64,000 nt of DNA from a virus (taxonomy: Duplodnaviria; Caudoviricetes), in IMG/VR virus record IMGVR_UViG_3300029305_003246, positions 1 through 64,000 of that record; one strand, written 5' to 3'. The notes beneath the pieces were generated by a model. That model was given only the letters and a program-made list of their open reading frames with translations. It was not told the origin of the DNA and ran no database searches. Shown here one piece after another: positions 52,409 to 62,112 of this stretch. Position 1 is the stretch's first letter. The number at the start of each line of letters is the position of its first letter. The translations under genes and the position numbers were made by a program.

Positions 52409-52985
52409 ATGAATAAAAAATTAAGAACTTTATTATTAGCAGGATTACTTACTTTAGGGATGAGTACCATAGCATTTGCAAATGAAAGCGAATTGCCAGC
52501 AGTTTCTACATCTACGATTACTCATCCAAAATTCGAAGATGGCAAAAGAGTTGTAGAACTTCAAGGTGGACTTATTATAGTTGATATGACGGAAAAAGAA
52601 AATGGCGAGTATGATATAGTAGTAAAATGGAAAGGTGAAAGCATAAAAAATCTTAGGTGTTAAATCTATTTATGAAAAAGGAACTATAGACCATACGAAC
52701 TACTTTGAAGAGTTATATCATTGTAATACATTAGGACAAGAAGGCGAGTTCGTCTTTGGCAAAGTTCTAGGTGGTGGACAAGGATTCTCAGGACCTCTTG
52801 GTAAGTTAGTTGAAGTTGAAATTACTTTTGAAAATCTTACTAAAGGTGGCAACCCAACAGACCCTAAAGAGCCAGATGAAGAAATAGACGACCCAGCTAC
52901 AGGTGACGCGACTACTATAGGGTTCTTAGTTGCAGGAGCATTAGCCACTTTAGGATTATGCACATTAAAGAAAGATGAAGAATAA
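52409..52985 (+). pseudogene. sortase-anchored surface protein, frameshifted at an A6 run (52645-52650)
   Basis: signal peptide (..AFA); removing one A gives a 191-aa ORF ending DPATGD + TM + KK. Confidence 0.75.
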
Positions 52986-53107
52986 GCCAGTCTTGGAATA
53001 TAGACAACAAATATTGAAAGTCCTATAATAAGGACAACAAATAAGGTATAAGAGGTGAGTTCATTACTCACCTCTTTTTTCGTTCTTCTAAATAAAAAGG
53101 TGATTAT

Positions 53108-53782
53108 ATGAATAAGAAAGTTAGAAAATTAATCTCAAATTTATTAGTAGCAACCTTGAGTATATCTGCTTGGGAATTAGGCAAGAAGCAATATGGTTAT
53201 TTGGAAAACCGTAAGACTTATTCTACTATACAAAAGCAAAAGGATAATACAGGTGATGTTCAAGCTTATCTAAAGGAGCATAATTTCGATTGGATACAAG
53301 TTACGGGTACAGCTATCGACTATACTCTTATGGTAGCAGAAGATAATAACTATTATCTAACCCACGACTATAAAGGTGAGTCAAGCTCAGGTGGTGCTAT
53401 TTATTATGACGCCAGTGATGTCCCTTACAACGGAAGCAATACTGTCATATTTGGCCATTCTATGAGGGATGGTTCTATGTTTAATAACTTACATTACTTC
53501 CAAAAGGACCATAAGCGATTCCAAGAATCCGTTCTAACTATAAGCACGGCCGAAGGTGAAACTAAATACTACCCATTAGCATATTATGTTACTCAAGATA
53601 ATTTTTTCCATAAGGATGTTGATAATATGCCGATAGACGAAGCTCTAAAGGTAATCGAAAGGGATACTAACTATTATATAAAGGATACAAACTATTCATC
53701 CGACTCTCATATAATAGTCCTTTATACTTGTGACTATAGCATAGAAGATGGTCGATTAATAGTATTCTACATTTCTAAATAG
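53108..53782 (+). CDS. srtB: class B sortase
   Basis: N-terminal TM, WIQVTGTAIDY, DNNYYL, GAIYYD, IFGHSMRDGSMF, VLYTC, GRLIV. Confidence 0.92.
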   Translation: MNKKVRKLISNLLVATLSISAWELGKKQYGYLENRKTYSTIQKQKDNTGDVQAYLKEHNFDWIQVTGTAIDYTLMVAEDNNYYLTHDYKGESSSGGAIYYDASDVPYNGSNTVIFGHSMRDGSMFNNLHYFQKDHKRFQESVLTISTAEGETKYYPLAYYVTQDNFFHKDVDNMPIDEALKVIERDTNYYIKDTNYSSDSHIIVLYTCDYSIEDGRLIVFYISK

Positions 53783-53793
53783 GAGGTACTTTT

Positions 53794-54402
53794 ATGATTA
53801 ATATCCTACTTTCGACGTATAACTTTAATAGTGAGGATTGCTTTCCTCTTTTAAAATACATTCTAGAACCAGGGATGCAAGTTTGTATTCTCCCATATTC
53901 GCATGATGAAGTTTTGTATAGTGATTATGATAAGTTCGATTGGGTCTACGATTATGATGACCCTTCTAGCGATTATCATGCTATAGCAAGAGCCTACAAA
54001 GATTATGGCATAGAAAAAATTCGTATAGTACACCCAAAAGATAATCTATCTATGATAGAGGATAAGATTAGGAAGTCCGATATATTATTCTTTACAGGGG
54101 GCAACCCAGTTCAAGCTATGGAACGAATGGAGCCCATTATTCCTATATTAAAAGACTATGACGGCATAGTGATGGGAGCCAGTGCAGGTGCTATGGTTCA
54201 AGTAAAAGAGTTTGTTATAGACGGCGAAGGATATCCTTATTCCTACTATAAGGGATTAGGATTTATCAAGTACGATATGGATGTGATTGTCCACTATAAT
54301 GCCGACCCACATCTAAAATCTATTATAAGAAGAAGCTTAGATGAACGACCTCTAACTAAAATATATGCGATAAAAGATGGTGAATGTTTAATAATTTATT
54401 AG
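53794..54402 (+). CDS. peptidase S51 (PepE-like) family protein
   Basis: DILFFTGGN, GASAGAM, GLGF, VHY. Confidence 0.85.
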   Translation: MINILLSTYNFNSEDCFPLLKYILEPGMQVCILPYSHDEVLYSDYDKFDWVYDYDDPSSDYHAIARAYKDYGIEKIRIVHPKDNLSMIEDKIRKSDILFFTGGNPVQAMERMEPIIPILKDYDGIVMGASAGAMVQVKEFVIDGEGYPYSYYKGLGFIKYDMDVIVHYNADPHLKSIIRRSLDERPLTKIYAIKDGECLIIY

Positions 54403-54468
54403 TTCACTATTACATGAAGTATCGTTTTAATCAGTGTAAGATAAATAAAATACTAGGAGGTAAACTCT

Positions 54469-56008
54469 ATGAATATAAATGAGGTATTAAAAAATAAGAT
54501 GCTTAATAACTTTAAATATTATAAAGCTAAATATAATAAAACTTTCAAGAATATGCTTAACTACTCTTTAACTGACCCAAATAATATGGTCGGAGGTTTA
54601 TGTAGATATGTAGCTAGAGAAGATAAGTGGTTACTGACTACAATATTTGAAAGTTGCAATGCCGATTATTCAGGAGTACCCGAAGTTCTTATTATGCAGT
54701 ACAAAGATTATTTCCCTAACGAAATAATCAAGCTAGTTGAAGAAAGGTTAGCATTTTGGAATATAGACCCAAATAAATATATGGAGGTTAAATAGTATGA
54801 GACATCTAAGTATAGGCACTACAGTTGTTACTAAAGAAAGATTTGAAGTCAGTCCCGTTGAATACCTTAACGAGGGTCTAATAGGGGAAATTATAGATGA
54901 AACTTTCCCTTATTACTACCTTGTTAAATTTGATTTTGGAGCTTATTGGATAGATGAGATACACTTAGTGGAGGTGATATAGTGAAGAAGTTCTTTATAG
55001 AATTAAAATGGCAAATAGCTAAATGGAGAATGAAAAGAAAAATGATGAGATAGGAGTTGATTAGATGTTACCAAGTACTAAAGCTAGAATAGTGACTTCT
55101 TTGATGAGAGTAGCTAATAACGGGTATAAAAAGCATAAGTATAATAAAGAAAACGAAGTTAAGTACACGCCACCCAAACCTACTGAAAATAACGAGTCAC
55201 CTTTAGACGTGGTAATAGGATTCTTTTTCGCTATTATAGTATTATTTTTATTAGCTTTAGCAAATTAAATATGGGAGGTAATTTTTATGAAAGCAAAATT
55301 AATAAAAGAACTACACGAGATAGGGGTATATAGAGACTTAGTTACTAAAAGAAAATTAGAATGTATGAAGGTAGCAGAATTATTAAACCTAAAAGCATTC
55401 GTTGAAGAGGAAAAAGCTAGAGGAGTAGTATTCGCTAGAAAGCAAGAAGAATATATCTTTGTTAAGCCAGTTACTAAGCAAGAAAAAATAGCTAATAAAG
55501 GTAAAAAGAAAAGATAATCAAGCCCTTCTCATCGAGTTGGCGATGACGAGTCTTGATTTTAAAACACCTCTCCTAGAGTCGACTGGGACGGGTGTTTTAT
55601 TTATGTAAAGGAGGTAATATTATGCAATACGACCCACATAATTCGTATGAATATAATGGTAACTTATTCACGAAATATTTCTTAATCGAGCTTTATGTCC
55701 TAGACCATTTAGGTCGACCATATAATCCTTGTGGAAGTGATTACACGATACTGTATGACGACTTAAAGACCTTGACGGGAGTTCTTAATAGGTTAAAAAG
55801 GCTCACACCTTTCGATAAGATGCCGATGGAGGTAATCGGATTTAAAATATTCTCTTATACTAACATCTATAATAGAGATGATTATACTAAATATGTAGAT
55901 ACTATAGAACCTTTTAACCGATACGATAATATATATGGCTCTATACTAAAAGCCCAATATGAGCATTATAAAAAAGGACAATGGAAAATTTCTGAAGAAA
56001 AATTATAA
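54469..56008 (+). other. small hypothetical CDS (54469-54795, 54797-54982, 55065-55268, 55287-55517 FbpA-like, 55622-56008)
   Basis: RBS-preceded ORFs. Confidence 0.55.
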
Positions 56009-56050
56009 AAATTAGTAATCATTTCAAGATATAATCGTATAATAGAAGTA

Positions 56051-56193
56051 TAAGAAGGTTAATTAAATAAGTAATCAAGTTTAGGTAGGACTTCAAGTCA
56101 AGTCCATAGATTTCCTCTAGGGTGTATGATTACTTATTACCTTCTTAAGTTGAAGGCGACCTACTTGTCTAGGTCAGAGATTACCCTAGAGGA
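56051..56193 (+). ncRNA. candidate pseudoknotted small RNA
   Basis: stems 56051-59/56139-47 and 56066-77/56127-38; loop 56113-23 complementary to 56183-93; begins just after TATAAT 56038-43. Confidence 0.55.
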
Positions 56194-56292
56194 CGTAAGA
56201 AAAAAAGTTCAAAAGTTGGTATCAAATTTAAGATATCAACGTATAATAAGAGTATAGAAGTTAAAAATTAAATATTTCAGGAGGTAAACCCT

Positions 56293-56685
56293 ATGAAAAC
56301 TATAGTTGAATTAAAAAATGATATGATGGAAGTATTCGAACCTATGACTAAGGAAGAAGTTGAAATGTTATGTGGTGACGACTTCGGTAAGTTATTAACT
56401 ATAGAAGCAAATACTACTTACCTTGAAAATGAAAGAGTTATAGTAGTTGCCGATGGTACTTTCTACAACTTAAATAGAAACGATTTTAATAAGTTCAGAA
56501 TAAATACTCTTGAAGGTAGATGTTTCACTTATACTGATTATAAAATGCACAATAATCTAGATGACGCTTTCGAATTCTTAGGTTCTGCAGGTGAAAATGT
56601 AGTTGTAATAACTAGAAATTTATTCCAAGATGAAGATGGCGATTTTACTGAATTAGTTTACTACACTACTACACTTGAGGGATAA
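56293..56685 (+). CDS. hypothetical acidic protein, paralog 1
   Basis: shares LENER, YNLNR.DF..FRIN..EGR.FTYT and VVVITRN.FQDEDGDFT with 57082-57480. Confidence 0.75.
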   Translation: MKTIVELKNDMMEVFEPMTKEEVEMLCGDDFGKLLTIEANTTYLENERVIVVADGTFYNLNRNDFNKFRINTLEGRCFTYTDYKMHNNLDDAFEFLGSAGENVVVITRNLFQDEDGDFTELVYYTTTLEG

Positions 56686-56737
56686 ATAAATGAAATAATT
56701 AGTTCACTTTTAAGTAGCTAAAACGTATATAATATTA

Positions 56738-57037
56738 TAGGGCAGGGTGGTCGATTTAGATTCACCCGTAAGTCCCACCTAATAGATAGTACACACGAAG
56801 CCTATACCATCCTCGAGTTGATGAGGGTGGCAAGCTGAATAAGGGTGTGGCATATAAAGTGGGCAGGGAGTCGATTTAGATTTACCCGTAAGTCCCACAC
56901 ATAATTGATAGTACCTTCCACGCCTATGCATCGCACGCGGAACAGGGAGAAGGTCGATAGATTTTGGATAGTATGGGATAGCCGATTTAGGTAAGTCCCA
57001 TCATAAGGGTGGAGCCGATTTAGGTGTACCACCCGTA
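56738..57037 (+). ncRNA. GC-rich repeated-hairpin RNA (4x C-GAUUUA-G loops)
   Basis: two ~70-nt imperfect direct repeats plus two shorter hairpins with different stems and an identical loop; promoter motif at 56702-56733. Confidence 0.6.
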
Positions 57038-57081
57038 CATATTACAAGTTAATATGAATTTATTTTAGGAGGTAAGTCCTT

Positions 57082-57480
57082 ATGAAAAATATAGTTGATT
57101 TAAGAAATGATATGTATGAAGTATTTGAACCTATAACTATGGAAGATTATTATAATCTAAATGTTAAAGACCTTGGAGCTTTAGTTACAGTTGAAACTAA
57201 TGCAGGAAAATCTTTCCTTGAAAATGAAAGATTAGTAGTTATGGTAGGTAATAAAACTTATAATCTTAATAGGGATGATTTTACTCACTTTAGAATAAAT
57301 GCTTGTGAAGGTAGATACTTTACTTATACAGGGCATAAGTTGTTCAAAACTTTATTTGATGCCGTTCAATACGGGGAAGTTCTTAGAAATGAAGTTGTTG
57401 TTATAACTAGAAATATCTTCCAAGATGAAGATGGTGATTTTACTGATGTTTGGTATTGTGCTTGTACTTTAGAAGCTTAA
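57082..57480 (+). CDS. hypothetical protein, paralog 2
   Basis: paralog of 56293-56685. Confidence 0.75.
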   Translation: MKNIVDLRNDMYEVFEPITMEDYYNLNVKDLGALVTVETNAGKSFLENERLVVMVGNKTYNLNRDDFTHFRINACEGRYFTYTGHKLFKTLFDAVQYGEVLRNEVVVITRNIFQDEDGDFTDVWYCACTLEA

Positions 57481-57557
57481 TCTCAAGTAAATAAAACGGG
57501 TTGAGAAACTATCAACTCGTACCTTTAATAAAATATATTATATGGAGGTAAGCCCTT

Positions 57558-57977
57558 ATGGAAAATAAAACTATATTTGAATGTTTAAAAGAAGCTTGTT
57601 CACGCTCTACTCTAAATATGTTAGATATTAACCCAAATTATTTCTTTGGTGAAGTTGTACCTTACCCAATTCCATTCGACGATGGCGATATACTTGATTA
57701 TATAAGTTCTTTAACTGATGGATTTATGGAATCTGAATATAAGATGGTTCTTTATAACGGCACAGTAACTAAGCTAGATATTGATATGCAGGATTGTATG
57801 ATTGATACTGAGGATATCGAATGTTATCCTTTAGCGATATTAGAGTCTTATGAAGAAATGGTTCGCTTATGTTATAGCCAAGGTCAAAAGGACTTCGTCT
57901 ACTTAATATCTAAAGATTACGACGCTAATGATGATACTACAACTTATAGCCTATCTAGATTATTAAAGATAAAATAG
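57558..57977 (+). CDS. acidic hypothetical protein
   Basis: GGAGG RBS; followed by terminator AAGCCC-TTCA-GGGGCTTTTT. Confidence 0.6.
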   Translation: MENKTIFECLKEACSRSTLNMLDINPNYFFGEVVPYPIPFDDGDILDYISSLTDGFMESEYKMVLYNGTVTKLDIDMQDCMIDTEDIECYPLAILESYEEMVRLCYSQGQKDFVYLISKDYDANDDTTTYSLSRLLKIK

Positions 57978-58068
57978 AAGCCCTTCAGGGGCTTTTTATT
58001 TTACTCAAATTTACATAGTTCATCATTCCCACTTCTTTCGTTTAGTATACCAATAAAATAAAAAAGGA

Positions 58069-58671
58069 GTGAATCTTATGAACCTAGATATTGAGTTTCT
58101 TTATCACGATATGATGAAATATATTACTTACTTTAAAGCTAAATACCCATCTATACCACTAGATGATTTAGAGGACGAACTAAGATGGAGCTTTTTTAAG
58201 ACGTATAGAGTATTTGATGAATCCAAAGGTGTCTTATTCAAAACTTTGTTCTTTAATATAGCTAATAATGGATGCAAATGCATTTTGAGGTATCGTTCTA
58301 ATAGGAAGGGATTACTAGATGCCAAGTCTTTAGATTATATTAATGACGAAGGTGATACGTTCTCCGAATATTATGATTATATGATAGTTACTAATAATGG
58401 TGATGAGGATAGACTCTTAAGTATTAATATATTAGAGTCTTTAGCTAAATTCACCGAGACATTACCACGAAGTCAAAAAAGAGTTATGGAGTTGTATCTA
58501 GCAGGTTATTCAAATGGAGAAATAAGCGATATGTTAAATCTACAGCATAACAACGTGAGCACGCAAAAGGCCAGTGTCTTGAAGAAGTTTGTTAAGCAGT
58601 ACAAGGATGAGTTCCCTATGCTTAGAGAACATAGAACTTCCAGAAATATAATAAATAGATTAGAAAAGTAA
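58069..58671 (+). CDS. sigma70-family sigma factor (SigH/TcdR-like size)
   Basis: DDLEDEL...FDESKGVLFKT.F..IANN (region 2), LAGYSNGEISDMLNL..NNVS (region 4). Confidence 0.85.
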   Translation: MNLMNLDIEFLYHDMMKYITYFKAKYPSIPLDDLEDELRWSFFKTYRVFDESKGVLFKTLFFNIANNGCKCILRYRSNRKGLLDAKSLDYINDEGDTFSEYYDYMIVTNNGDEDRLLSINILESLAKFTETLPRSQKRVMELYLAGYSNGEISDMLNLQHNNVSTQKASVLKKFVKQYKDEFPMLREHRTSRNIINRLEK

Positions 58672-58687
58672 TTAGGAGGAAAATACT

Positions 58688-61122
58688 ATGATGAAAAAAT
58701 TAGAAGCTTTAATGAAGGAAAATAAAAGGGTATACTTAGAGGTAAATGATAATCAAGTTGTCATCCACGTCAAAACTAAAGGAAGAGACTTTGGACGTAT
58801 AAAAGGTTATAAACCAGTTGAAGTTGTTACTAGCCCTATTGAAATAGATGAGCTTGTTAACATATTAAGAAATAATTACTTAGTAAACTACCTTGAAAAA
58901 GGAAGTAATATATTATTGATAAGAAATTTTAAAAATATGGTATCTTTTCAAGAAAATAACGTATAATAGAAGTATAGAAAGTTAAATAAAAAATTAAATA
59001 TATGGAGGTAAACCCTATGAGATATGAAAGTATAAAAGAGTTTAACTATAGAATAATAAGTGAGGACTTTATGGAAAATCGTTACCCTATAGTAAAATAC
59101 TTTAACTTCATTAATAATAAGGACTTAGATGGCAAGTTAGTTCGTAACTCTAAGCTAGATAGAAATAGAGAGCCATGGAGAGTTTGGGTAGAAGATACTG
59201 TAGTTGGTTATCGCCATAATTTAAATTTCGATTCCAAATTCGAAATGCTTAACTTCCTAATAATGCTAACTGAAAATAATACTTTAAAAGTCCTTGGTTA
59301 CTCTACTATAAAAGAAAAAAATTGTGATAGTTATACTTTAATAGATTAGGAACTGATTTTCAGTTCCTTTTTTATTTGTATATCGTTCTATAATAAAGGA
59401 GGTTATAGTATGCGAATAGTTATGAGAGATAATTACAAGAGACAAAAGGACGTGCTTATAGCCGAAGTATACGATAAATGTATAGCTATTAACTTATGCA
59501 GGATGTTAAATGCTAATGCACGACTTAATGGTTCACATTATTACTATCAAATAGTATCTGATAAACATAAGGTAGGTGAATAAAATGGAAGATGAAATGA
59601 TAACTATATTAAATGATTTAGTAACTTTAGCTAATAAAAATAAATGCATCCTAATAAAACTAAATATAGATTTACATCAGGATTTAGTTCAAGCAGAGAT
59701 GTATCATTATAGAACTGGCGAAAAATTCGTTTTACATTATAATGGAGCCGAATGGAAAAATAGTTAGTTCACGAATAGCGACTACTTCGTTCTATACTTC
59801 AGAAATAAAATTTAATATATGGAGGTATGCCCTATGTTATTAAATTTAAAATTAGTTAATGTGATTGAACTAATGGAAGCGAATAATGTTGACGAAGTTA
59901 ATTATGGATTTATTGGTTTACCTTTTACTGATGCAGGTTTGTCTCATATTATGCAAGAGTTAGGAGTTGATGTCCCTTCTGATTTAGGCATAGTTGAATT
60001 TCAATCTGATTGTTTAAATATTGACGTATGTGGTGATGACGATATAATTCTTCTAAACGAAATGATTAAGTATATAGATGAAGAATTAAATTATGCCGAA
60101 GATTATTGCTCTATGTTAGACGAAATAAATGAAGCTTTAGAGTCAGGTATTCTTAATATGTGGGACTTTTAGTAGTAAAGGGAACGATTTTTCGTTCCCT
60201 TGAAATTTTTCGAAAAAATTTTTAAAATATGGTATCTTTTCAAGATAATTTAATACAATATAGTATAAATAAAAAATATTAAAAACTTGGAGGTAAACCC
60301 TATGTTAAATAATATAATAGAATATGTTATAAGTGTTGGATTAACTATGAAGGATGCAGACTACTATATAAATAACGGTTATACTTTCGAAGATACTGTA
60401 AATGCTATAGAGGAAGTAAATAATAACTTTATGGATTTCGATTTCGACGAGTTTTAAAACTCGTCTTTTTTAATGCTTAAAATCTAAGGTATATAAAAGG
60501 TCGTTAAATAGTTAGTAAAACCCGTAAAACCTTTTTAATTAGCTTTTACGGGTTTTCTGTAATTATCTATTCTAAAAATATTTAAAAAATATTTCTAAAA
60601 AATAGGTATCTTTTTTATAAAAATGTATATAATATAGTATATAAAACTTAATAAAACTTTTAATAATAATCTAACCCGTTAAAATAATGTGGTTAGGTGG
60701 TTAAGGAAAAAAGTTTAAAAAGTTTTATAAAAAGTGTAATCTTTTCAAGAAAATGTAATATAATAGAAGTATAAAAGGTAATAAGTTTTAAGGTACTTTG
60801 ATAATTAAATAAAATATAAAATTTTAGGAGGAATTGCCCTATGTTAAATAATATGATAATTGATAAAATAGTTGAGTTTGGATTTGGAAAATATATCGAT
60901 AATATAGGATATAACGTTATGGAAATGCCTTTCGATGTATATAAAGCTAAAATAGATAAAGTTGGTGCATTCTTACTAGCAGTCCCAGGTTTAAGAGTTA
61001 TAACTGTAAACGAATACGGTGACGAAATAAAAACTTTCGAAGAAGCTAAAAATTATAAAGACGACGAATTATTAGTAGTATTCTACGACCCTAAATATTG
61101 GGAAGAAAACGGACTTATATAA
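58688..61122 (+). other. small early-type hypothetical CDS (58688-58966, 59017-59349, 59576-59767, 59834-60172, 60302-60456, 60841-61122)
   Basis: strong RBSs, individual promoters and terminators. Confidence 0.55.
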
Positions 61123-61231
61123 GTCCGTTTTTTATTTGCCTTAAAATTATACCTAAAGCTAAATAAAAAGGTTCACAACGGGCGAATTCTTCGTTATATA
61201 GTGTAAATATTAATATATGGAGGTATACTCT

Positions 61232-61777
61232 ATGTTAAATAAAAAAGAATTAAAAGATACTTTAAGTTCTATAATAACGAAAAATTCTGTATTTGTTTGT
61301 ATTGGTACTACACGAGCTTTATTCGATGCATTTGCTCCTTGGCATGGAGATTACCTAAAAGCTAAAGGGATACCCGTTTATGGGACTTCTGATAAAAATG
61401 TAAATGCTTTGACGATGTACTCTAGCTTAAATAAAATCTATAATAAAGATAAAGTACCTATGGATAATATAATCGCTATAGATTCAGCCGTAACCTATAC
61501 GGAAGAAAAGAAAAATAAAATGGAAGTTCGTATCGATGCACCGATATATCCAGGTGCAGGTGTTGGGAAGCAATTTCCGACGATAGGAAAGCATTCTATA
61601 GTGATGTATACTTTAACTAAAGACGAAGTTAATGATGTAATGAATGGGTATAAAGGTGGATTTGGTACTTTAACTGACATCGCCGATGTCGAAAAGATTA
61701 TGGACAATGCAAAAATGTTAGCCGATATAATTGAAGAAATTTATTTAGAAAAAGGTGGAAAGTTAGTTCACGAATAA
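61232..61777 (+). CDS. yyaC: spore protease YyaC (DUF1256)-like protein
   Basis: VCIGT...DAFAP, VYGT...VNA, IIAIDSA, PGAGVGK.FP.IG. Confidence 0.85.
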   Translation: MLNKKELKDTLSSIITKNSVFVCIGTTRALFDAFAPWHGDYLKAKGIPVYGTSDKNVNALTMYSSLNKIYNKDKVPMDNIIAIDSAVTYTEEKKNKMEVRIDAPIYPGAGVGKQFPTIGKHSIVMYTLTKDEVNDVMNGYKGGFGTLTDIADVEKIMDNAKMLADIIEEIYLEKGGKLVHE

Positions 61778-62112
61778 GAAGTTCTTCGTTCTAGTAAGTA
61801 TAAATAAAATCTAAAATTCAGGAGGTAGTCCTTATGATGATATTAAAAAGAGATATGAATTTATTTGTTGAGGAAGTAATAGAAAATAATCTTAATGAAT
61901 TAGTTGCCCTTGATAAATGCGAAGAATTAAATGAAGCTAATAAAGAAGATGGAGTTTACTATATGGTAACTACTGATGATTATGTAGTATTTAATAGGAA
62001 GTAGAGGAAAAAAATTCCTCTACTTTTTTCACGAAAAAGTGTAAACATTTTTATTATTCTTAATACAATATAGTATAAATAAAAAATATTAAAATTTAGG
62101 GGGATATCTTAT

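Noticed and set aside
56738-57037. CRISPR array or tRNA cluster
   Set aside because: Only two imperfect long repeats with irregular spacing, no cas genes, and no cloverleaf or complete T-arm.
58939-58980. TTCAAG as the -35 element of class A promoters
   Set aside because: It lies only ~9 nt from TATAAT and ~20 nt from the downstream TATA, whereas GGTATC/GTAATC keeps 17-18 nt spacing in all copies.
60495-60560. Pistol-ribozyme-like CGTTAAATAG string
   Set aside because: The required P1 stem and pseudoknot pairing are not present; no hammerhead core was seen in the other RNAs either.
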